Below the pieces are notes generated by a model. That model worked only from the letters and a program-made list of their open reading frames with translations. It was not told the DNA's origin and searched no databases. This document shows, piece by piece, positions 42,624 through 53,500 of a DNA stretch of 64,000 nucleotides. Position numbers and translations under genes: made by a program. Every line of letters starts with the position of its first letter. The first letter of the stretch is position 1. This DNA is from a virus. The stretch spans positions 32,001 to 96,000 of the IMG/VR virus record IMGVR_UViG_3300023210_000013; one strand, written 5' to 3'.

Positions 42624-44243
42624 TTAGAATGATCCTCCTGTAACAGGGTTTCTCATTACTATTTTCAATACTTTAGTTGGATCCTTCACCCAGATAGCTG
42701 GCATGGTTTGAGACATCATGACTCTATAACCGTTAAAGTTTCCAGAAGAAGCAAATCCTTGAGTTCTTCCCATGTAGTCCATAGTACCATTTTGGTAGAA
42801 CCACTTAAGTTGATTATCCCAAGATAACTTCAATAAGTGAATATTATCATTTCCACCTTCAGTTACATCAAAGATGATAAAGCTGTAAGAGCTTAAAGGG
42901 CGTCCATCAATTAATGGATTCTCTACATCATTAGTATGTAAGTTATCAAAAGCAGGGTTCAATACAAACTTAACATTAGCTAAGAAAGGAATAGTAAAGC
43001 TTGTGTAAGCAAAACCAAAATCAAGATCCATTCCTGATCCTTTAACAGCACCAATGTCACTAGCGTTTTGAACTAATCCAGAACCATATACTTCATCAGC
43101 AATAGCTTTGTTGATTAATTGCATTCCACCAATACCAGTTTGTACAACCAATTGACGTTGTGGGTCCGGTCCTTTGAACTCAACTTTACCTTGGTAGAAG
43201 TTATATAGTTCAGACTTAAACATATCAAGTGTGAAAGAAGACTTGTTATATACTCTTTTGAAAGAGTTATCTAACTGAGACCATAAACCTACTGATAATC
43301 TAATATCATCTGGTCCGTCTTGTCTTACTCTACCACCTTTACCCCACATAAGGTAAGTTTCAATATCATTTGCAATCTTAGACAAATGTGCTGCCTCAAG
43401 ATTTGTAACAAATGTTCTAGATAATTTACCGCTTTCAAATGCATCACGTGCACCAGCTTTACCCATACCTGCAACTAATTCTTCAATTGAAGATACAGAA
43501 GGGTTAGCAGCGTTTTGATCAAAGTTTCTCCAGATCTCAGTAACTGGTACTGTACCATCTGCATTCAATCCACCTTTAATCATTAAATCAGCCTTAGAAG
43601 AAATTGAATAATGAACATGTGCTTCAGCTCCACCTACAAAGTTGTAGAATTCACGGAAACCAGATCCAGTTTCAATATCAGAGAAACGCTCTCCATACTC
43701 ACCTCTTGCAGAACCTTTTCTAAAGAATTTAGTTCCAGAAGATAAATAAGCATTATCTAAAGATGAAGCACTGTTATTGTTTACTAACTGTACAGTATAG
43801 ATGTATCCGTCACCCGCTGGGATGATGTCATCAGCTGTAATGTAAAGTTCAATACCATTGTACTTATCATAAGTAATAATGTCACCATGTCCAAAAGCAC
43901 GCTTAGAAAGCTTTACTTTGAATGTTGTTCCATCAATACCTTTTTCTGCATTAGCAGGCTCAATGTCTGCTACCACAAAAGGTAAATCTTGTGCTACTGG
44001 AGTTTGCCATTTGTACTCTCCACGAGCGTTGTCTACCATAATTGTATTCTTTCCACCAAAAGATGCCATTTGATACAAAGGCATTTCTACCTTCTGGGTC
44101 ATAGCCCAAAGATCAACTGGTCCCATATCCATAGGCTCAGACGATCCAAGCATTTGGGTTAGGTGATAAGAATCAACGTGAGAACTTGCTTTGTAAGCAG
44201 TGTCTCTCAAGAAAATTCCATTGTTTAATACTGGAGTTGCCAT
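42624..44243 (-). CDS. Major capsid protein
   Basis: 539 aa, in the order terminase-portal-scaffold-MCP. YLMWGKGG, GLWSQL and AIWVKDPTK motifs; followed by a terminator. Confidence 0.8.
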   Translation of the reverse strand: MATPVLNNGIFLRDTAYKASSHVDSYHLTQMLGSSEPMDMGPVDLWAMTQKVEMPLYQMASFGGKNTIMVDNARGEYKWQTPVAQDLPFVVADIEPANAEKGIDGTTFKVKLSKRAFGHGDIITYDKYNGIELYITADDIIPAGDGYIYTVQLVNNNSASSLDNAYLSSGTKFFRKGSARGEYGERFSDIETGSGFREFYNFVGGAEAHVHYSISSKADLMIKGGLNADGTVPVTEIWRNFDQNAANPSVSSIEELVAGMGKAGARDAFESGKLSRTFVTNLEAAHLSKIANDIETYLMWGKGGRVRQDGPDDIRLSVGLWSQLDNSFKRVYNKSSFTLDMFKSELYNFYQGKVEFKGPDPQRQLVVQTGIGGMQLINKAIADEVYGSGLVQNASDIGAVKGSGMDLDFGFAYTSFTIPFLANVKFVLNPAFDNLHTNDVENPLIDGRPLSSYSFIIFDVTEGGNDNIHLLKLSWDNQLKWFYQNGTMDYMGRTQGFASSGNFNGYRVMMSQTMPAIWVKDPTKVLKIVMRNPVTGGSF

Positions 44244-44288
44244 AATTGTTAATTGTTTTTGTTGTTATTATTTATTTATCTGTGTTTA

Positions 44289-45578
44289 TTAAAACCGTTT
44301 AAATATGTTGTTGGACCTTGGGATTTTTCTTTTAGAGCTAGCACGTTTGCTTTCTTGCTCTCTTTCTTGAACTCCCAGTGATGATCCACCAGCATTGCTT
44401 TGTTCTGTCTTAAGTTTCCTTACTGTATTCTCAACACTTTTTTGTGCACCTTTATCCATAATCTTTGATTTATATCCATCAGGATCAGATAGCAACCATA
44501 GTGCTTCTGAAATCAAAGTATAGTTTGGTTCTACAAATTGGTATTTTTCCAACAGGTGACCTAACAAATTTGTATTCTTCCCACTTACAGAAGGATAGCT
44601 TGGTTGAACCAAACCATTATAAAGCATTGCTTGAGTTTTCTTATCAAGTTTTACTTCTCCTAAATTTCCTTCTTTAAGAGTATTATATACGTTTTCCATA
44701 TACTGATGAGATGCTTGTTCTTGCTGTTGCTTTTTCATTTGCTGTTCTTCCAGCTTTTGAGCTACAACTTTTGCTTGCATCTTGTCCAATTTAGGTTTAA
44801 ACTTAGAAGCTTGTTGTTCTAATTTTCCTAAATCTTTCCAGATTTCTATCTCTTCAGTAATCTCCTCATCATCCCCATATCCGGTAGCTTTTAAATAATC
44901 TCTAATAATCACTTCTTGATGTGACTCTTTTTTGATATCTAAATTCTTTTTTTCTTCACTTTGTGCAAGTGTAGAAAATAACCCTTTTAGGTCTGTCCCT
45001 CCATCAGCAACATATCTTGCTGCTACTTGGAGTTCTTGAGGTAAGCTGTCAAAGAACTGTTTGGGAGTTTCTCTTCGTACTTGATTAGCTTTTTCTTCTA
45101 AATTAGCTTGAATCAATTCTTCCCAATCTTTAGCAGAATAATCTGCTAAATCTTTATCATCATCAAAAGGAACAATTTTGTCTTCTTTAATAAGTTTGCT
45201 AAATACATCACTTATACCAGAGATTTTTTTTCTTCCTCTTTTTTCTTCTTTTTCTTCTTCTACATCATCTTCAGCATCAGCAGCAAATTCATCTAGTAAA
45301 TCACTTACTTCTTCTTTAACGTCATCTGCAATTACTTTCGTTCCTGCATCAAATGTAGTTTCTTCACTGGCATCTGCCTCTGAAGTTTCAGTTTCTTCTT
45401 TGTCTGCAAATGAAAAATCTGCTTTCTTAGAAGGACTACTAAATATTGACCTAGGTTTATCTTCGTTCTCTTCTGGTAATGTAACACTATCTGTTGCTAC
45501 ACCAGGATTAAACATTTCATCTATGTCAATGTCTACTTGAGCTACTTTGCTCTCAATTGTTTGGTTTTCTGCTGCCAT
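44289..45578 (-). CDS. Scaffold-like acidic protein
   Basis: Highly acidic disordered N-terminus and coiled coil; lies between portal and MCP. Confidence 0.55.
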   Translation of the reverse strand: MAAENQTIESKVAQVDIDIDEMFNPGVATDSVTLPEENEDKPRSIFSSPSKKADFSFADKEETETSEADASEETTFDAGTKVIADDVKEEVSDLLDEFAADAEDDVEEEKEEKRGRKKISGISDVFSKLIKEDKIVPFDDDKDLADYSAKDWEELIQANLEEKANQVRRETPKQFFDSLPQELQVAARYVADGGTDLKGLFSTLAQSEEKKNLDIKKESHQEVIIRDYLKATGYGDDEEITEEIEIWKDLGKLEQQASKFKPKLDKMQAKVVAQKLEEQQMKKQQQEQASHQYMENVYNTLKEGNLGEVKLDKKTQAMLYNGLVQPSYPSVSGKNTNLLGHLLEKYQFVEPNYTLISEALWLLSDPDGYKSKIMDKGAQKSVENTVRKLKTEQSNAGGSSLGVQEREQESKRASSKRKIPRSNNIFKRF

Positions 45579-45728
45579 TATATTATTGGTTTATATAATT
45601 ACTATTTCTTATATATACAATATAAAAAGAATTTTCTAAATAAACTTATAAAATGCAAATGAAATATATCATTTGTTGCAGTATATAGCTATCTATATTT
45701 TTTCTTTTTGTATTTATATCAAAATCTT

Positions 45729-48485
45729 TTATTTTTTCTTTTTAGACTCAGATTTAAAATCATATTTATTTTTGTTCTCACGTGCTATTTGCAGTTGCTT
45801 GTCTGCTATTTCTCTTTTAGCAGAAAGCTCTTCTCTTTTAATTTGAAGTTTGCTTTGTTCAACATTATTCTTGATGCTAGCTTGTTCTCTATTAAAGTTC
45901 ATTTTTTCTCTACCATCTCTTTCTTTTCTAATACCTTCCATAGAATCTTGGAAGTCACTAACTTTATTTTCATTAATGTCAGCCATAGATCCAAAACCAG
46001 CAGCTCTAATTTCTGCAGTTTCTAATCTATTCATTCTATCTTTTTCAGCTTCCATAGATTCAAACTCACGCTTAAGTCTTTGTTCTTCTGCATTAGCTTC
46101 TAATTGCTGCTGTTGCATTTGCTGTTGTTGTTGCATTTCTTGCTGTCTTTGCATTTCAGTTTTACCTTCAGCATCTTTAAGTATATCTGATACTTCAGCA
46201 ATTGAATCTGCTTTTATAATATTACCAAGATCATAAATGCTTGCACCACTTGTGTTATTTTGAATAGCAAGTTGTTTTAGTTGTTCAAGAACAGCTCTGT
46301 GATTTGTTTTAGTTGTTGCAAATACATTAAAGTCTCTTAGCATTAAATCAGTACCGTTGATAGTAAAGTTTACTTTTTCTGCTGCAGATGACATATAGCT
46401 TAACCTAACACTAGGATTAGTACTATAATAGAACTGAGCCAAGTCAGTTCTCATTTGATGAACTCTAGGCATTAAGTGATCTGCATGCTGAGTAAAATAA
46501 ATTTCAGTCTGAGCATAAGATTGATTTAATGCTTGGGTTACACCTGTTGCAGTTTCTTGACCAATAGGTGCTCCTAGTCTTTGCGCATTAATTCCAATTG
46601 CATCAAATGCTTGTTGTTTGAAATAATTTGCTAATTGTATTCTAGACATTAATCTACCTGTCTGCTCCATGTTAAGAGTTTGGTAGTGATTAAAGTTTGT
46701 AGCGTTTTCTGTATTTGTAATAGAAGTATCTAAAGGTAACATTTGGAAATCCTTCATAGCTACAAATGCTTTGCTGTAATTTCCTTTTCCCCAATCTTCT
46801 CCCATTGAATGTCTTGGTAAAGCGTTTTGGTCAAACATAATGATTGTACCTAACTCATCTACAAGAATATCAGCTATCTGATTGTTTACCATATTATACC
46901 CAATCTGATATGCTTTCATAAGATCTATTAAAGAAGTAGACCTTGTATTCCTATCAGAAAATACTCTACCTTCTACAGGTAGTTTACAACCATATAATGA
47001 AGTATCACCTTTAAATTGAAAAGGTATTCTTCCTGGCTTTTCTCTATTGATTCCTAAGTATATTGGGCTTATGTTATCTGCAACCTCAGTTTTCCAACTC
47101 ATTGGAGAGTTAGGTCCTATTTTAACACCACCCCATGTTTCATTAATCCATATCCAATCTACATGTTCTCCTTGAAAAAGATTTTCTTTGGATTTATTTT
47201 TATATAATGAATTATCATAAATAGGTTTTTCAGTTACTTTAAATGTTTCATCAATAATTTCTTGAATTACTTCACCATCTTCAGTAATCTTTGTAAGGTG
47301 TCCTACTTTTCTTTGAGTTTTCCAATATGTTGTTGTACATCTCATTAAAGAAGACTCACCCCAATTAGCCATGTCTTCTCCTTCATTTAATATTGCACTT
47401 ACAATATCATCTCCCATAGTACCACCATTACCTGTGTTACTTATAAATTGTCTATAAGATAAACTAGGTGATTCAGTATTCCATGAGTGAGATTTAGTTG
47501 GATCATAAAATGAACCATCATTTTGAACACCATTCAATTGATACTGTCCATTCTGAGCAGGATGGATCTCTTGTAAGGAACGCAATTGCTTTTCACTCAT
47601 CAAGTATCCATACTTATCTATAACGTCAGCTACGGTCATTAAATCAAGTTTACCAACGTAATTAGATTGAGATATATATCTTACATCTGGAGATTTGTGA
47701 TAAAATGTTAGAACAGGATTCCATAGTTCTATTTCATAATCATCTTCCATCATTCTAAAATGCCAGAACTCTCTATCTGTAATAAGCATATCACGGAATG
47801 CGCGCTCTTCAAGTTCTTGCATCTTGAACCTTTCTTCATCAACATTCAATTGATGAGATGCCCATTCTTCTACCATTGATCTATAATCTTTAGAAAAGAA
47901 ATCTTCAATCTCTGGTAATGTTTTTAAATTTTCTGGAGCCATTTGTTGTTGTGCTTCCTCTGATTGTGGGTCCATACCCATTTCAATCATTCTAGAAAGT
48001 AGTTGCTGTGAAGCATCTGATAACAAATTTTCTTCTACCAATGCTCTTTTTTGCTCAAGCATTTCATTATAAGAAGTATCATCTACAGCTCTGAATTGAA
48101 CTTTAGAATATCTTTTAGTAAATTCTCCTGATAGTACGTTTACAACGTTAGGTATAATTGGATAAAACTTTAGTTCTAATGCTGACTCATCTTCTTTAGT
48201 TAATACATCAACTAAATCTTTGTAATCATTATCTTCTTCTACTATATAATCAGTCTTATCTATAATACCTTTTGCTAACTTGTAATTCTTTAAAAGTTTT
48301 CTAGAATTCTCTTTTAAAAAGTTCATTCCCTGAACCTCTAACCAATCAAGATTCCAAGCAGCCCAATTATCATCTTTTTTCTTTGCACCTATAAACTGTA
48401 TAGGTTGGGTTAAGCTGGTGCTTCCGTTATATCCGGATTCAGCTTTAGCACCATTCTTTAGTTGCATTGCATTAAATACTTTCAT
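45729..48485 (-). CDS. Portal protein
   Basis: Follows the terminase. FYPIIPNVVNVLSGE and SLIDLMKAYQIGYN motifs; Q-rich coiled-coil C-terminal barrel. Confidence 0.85.
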   Translation of the reverse strand: MKVFNAMQLKNGAKAESGYNGSTSLTQPIQFIGAKKKDDNWAAWNLDWLEVQGMNFLKENSRKLLKNYKLAKGIIDKTDYIVEEDNDYKDLVDVLTKEDESALELKFYPIIPNVVNVLSGEFTKRYSKVQFRAVDDTSYNEMLEQKRALVEENLLSDASQQLLSRMIEMGMDPQSEEAQQQMAPENLKTLPEIEDFFSKDYRSMVEEWASHQLNVDEERFKMQELEERAFRDMLITDREFWHFRMMEDDYEIELWNPVLTFYHKSPDVRYISQSNYVGKLDLMTVADVIDKYGYLMSEKQLRSLQEIHPAQNGQYQLNGVQNDGSFYDPTKSHSWNTESPSLSYRQFISNTGNGGTMGDDIVSAILNEGEDMANWGESSLMRCTTTYWKTQRKVGHLTKITEDGEVIQEIIDETFKVTEKPIYDNSLYKNKSKENLFQGEHVDWIWINETWGGVKIGPNSPMSWKTEVADNISPIYLGINREKPGRIPFQFKGDTSLYGCKLPVEGRVFSDRNTRSTSLIDLMKAYQIGYNMVNNQIADILVDELGTIIMFDQNALPRHSMGEDWGKGNYSKAFVAMKDFQMLPLDTSITNTENATNFNHYQTLNMEQTGRLMSRIQLANYFKQQAFDAIGINAQRLGAPIGQETATGVTQALNQSYAQTEIYFTQHADHLMPRVHQMRTDLAQFYYSTNPSVRLSYMSSAAEKVNFTINGTDLMLRDFNVFATTKTNHRAVLEQLKQLAIQNNTSGASIYDLGNIIKADSIAEVSDILKDAEGKTEMQRQQEMQQQQQMQQQQLEANAEEQRLKREFESMEAEKDRMNRLETAEIRAAGFGSMADINENKVSDFQDSMEGIRKERDGREKMNFNREQASIKNNVEQSKLQIKREELSAKREIADKQLQIARENKNKYDFKSESKKKK

Positions 48486-48487
48486 AC

Positions 48488-50680
48488 TTATCTAAAATTT
48501 TTATATGCTGATCTTTTTTTACCCTTTTGACCACCGTGTACAGTTTTTCCTCTTCCAATATTCCTAAACGGACTATACTTTAATTTATGCAAATTTTTTG
48601 ACTTATCCAAAGAATTTGCGTCATCAGATTCAGTTCTTTTCAAATAACCTCTATTTGACTCCTGTATACGGACAAAAGCTACCAACGCTGAAAAGGCAAC
48701 AAGCCTATCTACGTTGAGCCCTGGGTAAAAAGCTAGCATTTCTTTAATTAACATTGGATCTGGTATTCTTGTTATTCCAAGAGTTGTATTTAGTACATTA
48801 CCTTCAGCATCAGTTTCTTGATCAATTTCTTCTCTTAAAAATTCAATAGCATAAGAAATAAGATGTTGCTTAAATAATGTCCCTGTGTTTTTCCAACCGT
48901 ATTCTTGATATACAGTCTTGTTAGATCCCAGATCTTTTAAGAATAATATTTGTGCTTTTGGTACAAGATATTTTTGCTTTCTTTTGGCAATCATATGTTG
49001 TATAAATAGAGATATATTATTCTCTACAATAGTCCAAGCATTAAACCATATTATTATTTTTTCTAACTGCTCATGTGTTTTATTAATATCATCATATCTA
49101 CCACACCATGCAGCTACTAATTTTGCGTTTTCTATAAAAACTTCTAATCCATTAGGTCCTTCACGTTTTATCTCTACAGCATTCTTATATACAAAAATAC
49201 TACAAAGGGAATCAGATGTAGTTGTTTTACCTTCTGATACAGGATCAATAGAAGCATAGTATGCTCCAAACTCTGGATTAGGTACTGGTCTTTCCCATAC
49301 AACAAGACATCCTGTTTTGTCTTGCATTTTTTTATCTACAGGAAATTTATTAATGGGTAATTTATTAGAACGTTTAGCCTCAATACCTTTTTGTGTTCTG
49401 TCTAATTCTATATGCTCATATGCATATTCTTTATCTTCAATTACTTTAAGTTGTCTTGAAAGTAAGCCTTGAGGAAACACAGATTCTTTTCTATATGCAA
49501 AAGCTTCTGCAATATTTGTAGGTTTCTGAGAAATACGCAATTGATATTGTTCAGCTCCTAATTCATTCTTCCATCTTTTTCTTTCAAGGAATATTGCATC
49601 AAGAGCTTCTTTAACCAATGTGTTACCCCACTCATCAATATGAGGTGGCATAGACCACTGTTCAGGAATAAATAACCCTGATATACCAATGGTACCATCT
49701 TTGTCTATTAGATTTGTTTCTACGGGGTATATATCATTATTGATAGGGTTCATTACCATATCCTTCAATGGTTCACATTGATTTAAATCACCTACTGATC
49801 CAGCTGCTATAAACATACCTGTTGTTACCATACCTGATGACATTGCAGGACGTAGGTACTCATATGTCTGCATCATCTTAGGAGCAATACCGGCTTCTTC
49901 ATGAAAGAAGTAAGTAGTTGGTCCACCAACACCTGTAGTAGCATTTTTTTCAAAGGATGCCCCTTGTATTTTTGATTTAAGTCCTCTAGAAGTTTTTCTA
50001 TTACCTACTTTAACTTCAATTTGTTGTTGCCACAATAATACTTTTTCTGGATTACTTGGTCTATACCAAGCAGTGTGTTCATTAAGGAAAGTTTTATATT
50101 CATCTAAAAACTTCCAAGATCCTTTATCATTAATATAATCTTTTAAGGATGCACCAATTTTACACGTACTACCTTCTTCAAACCAATACGTATTAATTAT
50201 TTTTCCCATATGAAAATATGAGGAAGCTATCTGACGTTTTTTAAGTATAGCACTATGTTTGTAATGTAACTCAGCTAGTATTTCATATAAAGCCATGTGA
50301 TACTGTGCATCACGTACTTTAGCAAAACCATAATGTTTTTCTTCTTTATCATATATTGGTAAAAAATTTAACCACATATAATAATCTCTTGTTAAATACC
50401 AAGTAAGGGGTCCATCTTTATAGATAACCCCTTCACGGCATTTGTCTTTCTCAGAGTTCCAATACAGTATAAAATCTTTAGATCTAAAAGGTGCTAAACA
50501 ATAAACATTCTCTTTATTGAATCTTCTAGCCTCTTGATTAAATACTAAAGCTGTTTTATTAAATTGATACTGACCTGGTTCTTTAAATACTGATTTAACA
50601 AAATCTATAAACTCTTCTCTTGTTTCATATTCAGTATCCGTCCATTGGCCATTATCCCATGTTGGAACTATTTTATACAT
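48488..50680 (-). CDS. terL: Terminase large subunit
   Basis: LKKRQIASS (Walker A variant), FFHEEAG (Walker B), and YYASIDPV / TIVENN / NVDRLVA nuclease motifs. Confidence 0.9.
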   Translation of the reverse strand: MYKIVPTWDNGQWTDTEYETREEFIDFVKSVFKEPGQYQFNKTALVFNQEARRFNKENVYCLAPFRSKDFILYWNSEKDKCREGVIYKDGPLTWYLTRDYYMWLNFLPIYDKEEKHYGFAKVRDAQYHMALYEILAELHYKHSAILKKRQIASSYFHMGKIINTYWFEEGSTCKIGASLKDYINDKGSWKFLDEYKTFLNEHTAWYRPSNPEKVLLWQQQIEVKVGNRKTSRGLKSKIQGASFEKNATTGVGGPTTYFFHEEAGIAPKMMQTYEYLRPAMSSGMVTTGMFIAAGSVGDLNQCEPLKDMVMNPINNDIYPVETNLIDKDGTIGISGLFIPEQWSMPPHIDEWGNTLVKEALDAIFLERKRWKNELGAEQYQLRISQKPTNIAEAFAYRKESVFPQGLLSRQLKVIEDKEYAYEHIELDRTQKGIEAKRSNKLPINKFPVDKKMQDKTGCLVVWERPVPNPEFGAYYASIDPVSEGKTTTSDSLCSIFVYKNAVEIKREGPNGLEVFIENAKLVAAWCGRYDDINKTHEQLEKIIIWFNAWTIVENNISLFIQHMIAKRKQKYLVPKAQILFLKDLGSNKTVYQEYGWKNTGTLFKQHLISYAIEFLREEIDQETDAEGNVLNTTLGITRIPDPMLIKEMLAFYPGLNVDRLVAFSALVAFVRIQESNRGYLKRTESDDANSLDKSKNLHKLKYSPFRNIGRGKTVHGGQKGKKRSAYKNFR

Positions 50681-50964
50681 TAATGTTCTTTTAAGATTGC
50701 GTATATATCACCAAAGTTAATCAATAAGTGTTTCTCTCCGTCATGTAATAATTCAGTTGGTACACAAAAGTCAGCATATTGAATTAAATCACCCACTTTA
50801 ATTGTATCATCTAATTCATTACCTACAGCAACAACAAAACCTTTGTACTCTTTTGTTTGTGCAATATCAGGTATAATAATATTTGTACCAGGCACAAATT
50901 TATCTGCTTGTTTTAGTTTTATCAATACCTTTTTTCCTACTGGAATAATTGTTGTTTTCTTCAT
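50680..50964 (-). CDS. groES: GroES-like co-chaperonin
   Basis: IIPVGKKVLIK, IIIPD, GFVVAVG, IKVGDLIQY, DGEKHLLI..GDIYAIL. Confidence 0.85.
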   Translation of the reverse strand: MKKTTIIPVGKKVLIKLKQADKFVPGTNIIIPDIAQTKEYKGFVVAVGNELDDTIKVGDLIQYADFCVPTELLHDGEKHLLINFGDIYAILKEH

Positions 50965-51053
50965 TTTTGTTTGATTTATTACTTTCTTTATTTATTTCAA
51001 AATTTGGCTCATCCCAATAACAGAATACCCATCCTTCTTTTTTGTTACTCATA

Positions 51054-51572
51054 TTACATTTGATCATATGCTAAACCAGCACCACCTCTTACAGAACTTT
51101 GTTGTTCTTCTTGCATATCACTAAATGCACCTTTATAAGAATTACGTATCTGCTCAAATTTAGCAGCTGCATTTACCATTGAATTAATATTACCGTCTCT
51201 ACCATGTTCTATGGCTGTTGTTTCCATATACCTAGCTAATCTATCAAGCATTGATTTAATTCCTTTATACGCTCTGTATGTAGGTGTTTCATAAAGCTTT
51301 TGACACATTTCAATTGAGTATCTAATTTTTGCATCTTCTGGAGATTCTTCTAACTTTATTTCTTCTATAATTAAATCTTCTTTTTCATGTTCTGGAACAT
51401 TAAAGAAAGGGTTCATATCAGGATTAGGGCAAGTCATATAAAATAAATATTGGTACACTTGCATATAAGTATCAGGGTATTCCACCATTAAATCTTTAAG
51501 AAAGTTTAATGTATAACAATGTTCTGATGGAATAACTGCACCATTTTGAATATCAAATAATTTTACTAGCAT
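51054..51572 (-). CDS. Conserved hypothetical protein (possible terminase small subunit)
   Basis: Helical, with a VRGG C-terminus, and lies upstream of terL. Function inferred from position only. Confidence 0.35.
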   Translation of the reverse strand: MLVKLFDIQNGAVIPSEHCYTLNFLKDLMVEYPDTYMQVYQYLFYMTCPNPDMNPFFNVPEHEKEDLIIEEIKLEESPEDAKIRYSIEMCQKLYETPTYRAYKGIKSMLDRLARYMETTAIEHGRDGNINSMVNAAAKFEQIRNSYKGAFSDMQEEQQSSVRGGAGLAYDQM

Positions 51573-52384
51573 TTTTTATTGTCTTTAAACCACATGATTA
51601 GATTATCAACCTCATCCTTTAAATATGGTAGGTTATACATTTTAATTTCTTCAATAGCTGGTTCTCCATTGACCATTTTAGTAATTGGATACCCATGATC
51701 ATTTTCACCAACTTTTTGAAATTTGACGTGTTGAATTACAAGCTTTCCTATTTTTAATCTAGGGTTGTGCTTTTTAATAATATACGCATAAATACTTAAT
51801 TGTAGGTTATAATGATTCAAATTACAATCATCAAGATTGTTTACAGGGTTAAACATCTTAGATGTAATACCCTCCCAATTTGTAAATCCTTTCTCTTTAA
51901 CTTCTTTATTTGTCTTATAATCAGTGATATTTATTTCACCATTTACAATTTCAACTAAATCTGCTTGGCCACATAAACCTAAAGACTTTAAGTAAACAAA
52001 TAATTCTGGATATACGCCATCTTTTAGCTTTTGTTCCGGTGCTACTTTTACACCTTCATCTGTAATATCTGGTTTTACAATAGGAAGTTCAACACCTTCT
52101 CTTGCAATTGTCTGAAAATCAAGCATATCTGATTCACGTTGATTATGATACCAGTTACCTAAACCTATAGCCCTTTGTGTTTCAGTATCCCAAGCATTTA
52201 GTATTTCTTTATCAGTCATACCATGCCACTTAGATCTTTTGTTTTTAGAAGATTTTTTAGCCTGTGCTTTAGCATCAAACTTAGGTTTAAACATACCAAT
52301 GAAAGATGTTACACTTGTCCAGTTTATTTTGTCTTGATCATTGCTTTCATAGACATGACCTTCTTCTTTAAATATTACTGCCAT
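51566..52384 (-). CDS. PD-(D/E)XK nuclease
   Basis: SVTSFI, CGQADLV, ITDYKTNK and HYNLQLSIY motifs. Confidence 0.8.
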   Translation of the reverse strand: MAVIFKEEGHVYESNDQDKINWTSVTSFIGMFKPKFDAKAQAKKSSKNKRSKWHGMTDKEILNAWDTETQRAIGLGNWYHNQRESDMLDFQTIAREGVELPIVKPDITDEGVKVAPEQKLKDGVYPELFVYLKSLGLCGQADLVEIVNGEINITDYKTNKEVKEKGFTNWEGITSKMFNPVNNLDDCNLNHYNLQLSIYAYIIKKHNPRLKIGKLVIQHVKFQKVGENDHGYPITKMVNGEPAIEEIKMYNLPYLKDEVDNLIMWFKDNKKC

Positions 52385-52488
52385 ATTATTAAGTTATTGT
52401 AGTGTACCACCATCCTTTTTCTTGATTAGTAACAACACTGGTTATTTCTTTATTATATATGTAATTTATTTGTACCATTTTGTTTTAT

Positions 52489-52791
52489 TTATTGTTCTAG
52501 TTTTTCTTCTTCTTCCTCTGTTAACCAAGCTTTCCATTTGCCTTTTGGACATTCAGAAGATAAAGATCTAGTCTTAAATTCAAGACTACATCCACACTCA
52601 CTACAACATGGTTGAGTTCCAGGAACTAAACAGCTTTTTCCTTTAAGATCTAAATAAGTACATCTATTACATATGTGCATTCTGCTGTCAGATATAATTT
52701 CTACTTCTTGTTTTTTAAAAAAAGTATTAATGGCTCCTTCAGATATTTTATCTATATTTTTAAAAGCTTTTATTAATTGTCCTATTTTCAT
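52489..52791 (-). CDS. Cys-rich zinc-binding protein
   Basis: RMHICNRC...CSECGC...CPKGKW. Confidence 0.6.
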   Translation of the reverse strand: MKIGQLIKAFKNIDKISEGAINTFFKKQEVEIISDSRMHICNRCTYLDLKGKSCLVPGTQPCCSECGCSLEFKTRSLSSECPKGKWKAWLTEEEEEKLEQ

Positions 52792-53144
52792 TTCTTTAAC
52801 TTAAAGTTTTTTCTATCTTCTCTTTGTTGCATTATTGCATCTCTGGCAGATTCTAATGTTTGTATTTTTTCTTTTACAGAGACGTGTTTGTCATATCCAT
52901 CATAAGTATTTTTGACTAAATTACCTAAGTAACTTTTATTCTTTTTAATAGCCTTATCTAACTTTTGTTTTCTTAAGTTAAATGTACCTAATCCAAATAT
53001 ACTTACATTAGGTGAGCTGAGGTTAGATAAGTTCTTACGTATTTTAGCGTAATAGAAAGTAATGAAATCATCTACTACATCTTCATGTACACCTACCTTA
53101 TCAGCAATACCATTTCTAAATTCTTTATGATGTTTTGGTTTCAA
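52788..53144 (-). CDS. HU/IHF-like DNA-binding protein
   Basis: IADKVG...VDDFI...VSIFGLGTFNLR. Confidence 0.65.
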   Translation of the reverse strand: MKPKHHKEFRNGIADKVGVHEDVVDDFITFYYAKIRKNLSNLSSPNVSIFGLGTFNLRKQKLDKAIKKNKSYLGNLVKNTYDGYDKHVSVKEKIQTLESARDAIMQQREDRKNFKLKK

Positions 53145-53496
53145 GGCCTAAAATTTTATAATCAAGTAATACGCTACCTTTTGTCTGTACGTTTATTGCT
53201 TGATTTAATAATATTTTCTTTTTATTCTTTCCTATCTTAGTTATAAGATTTTTCTTACTTGCTTTTGCAATAGCATTACGTGCTGACTGAGGACTTTTAA
53301 AAATCCCCAGTTCAGTCACATAATTACAAAATTTAGTAAGCTCTATTTCATGTTGTTTACCAAGTTCAGCCAAACACTTAAGGTCTGCAGAACTTATTAA
53401 GATGTCATTAAAGAAACAATAAGATAGTATTTGATACTTTATTGTAACATTAATGTCAACTTTTAACTTAAAATCTACTTTGTTTACTAGAGCCAT
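53125..53496 (-). CDS. Putative winged-HTH protein
   Basis: SPQSARNAIAKASKKNLITK pattern. Confidence 0.4.
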   Translation of the reverse strand: MALVNKVDFKLKVDINVTIKYQILSYCFFNDILISSADLKCLAELGKQHEIELTKFCNYVTELGIFKSPQSARNAIAKASKKNLITKIGKNKKKILLNQAINVQTKGSVLLDYKILGLETKTS

Positions 53497-53500
53497 TTGT

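Noticed and set aside
42624-50680. Introns or inteins in terminase, portal or MCP
   Set aside because: The ORFs are continuous, of expected size, and show no intein or homing endonuclease motifs.
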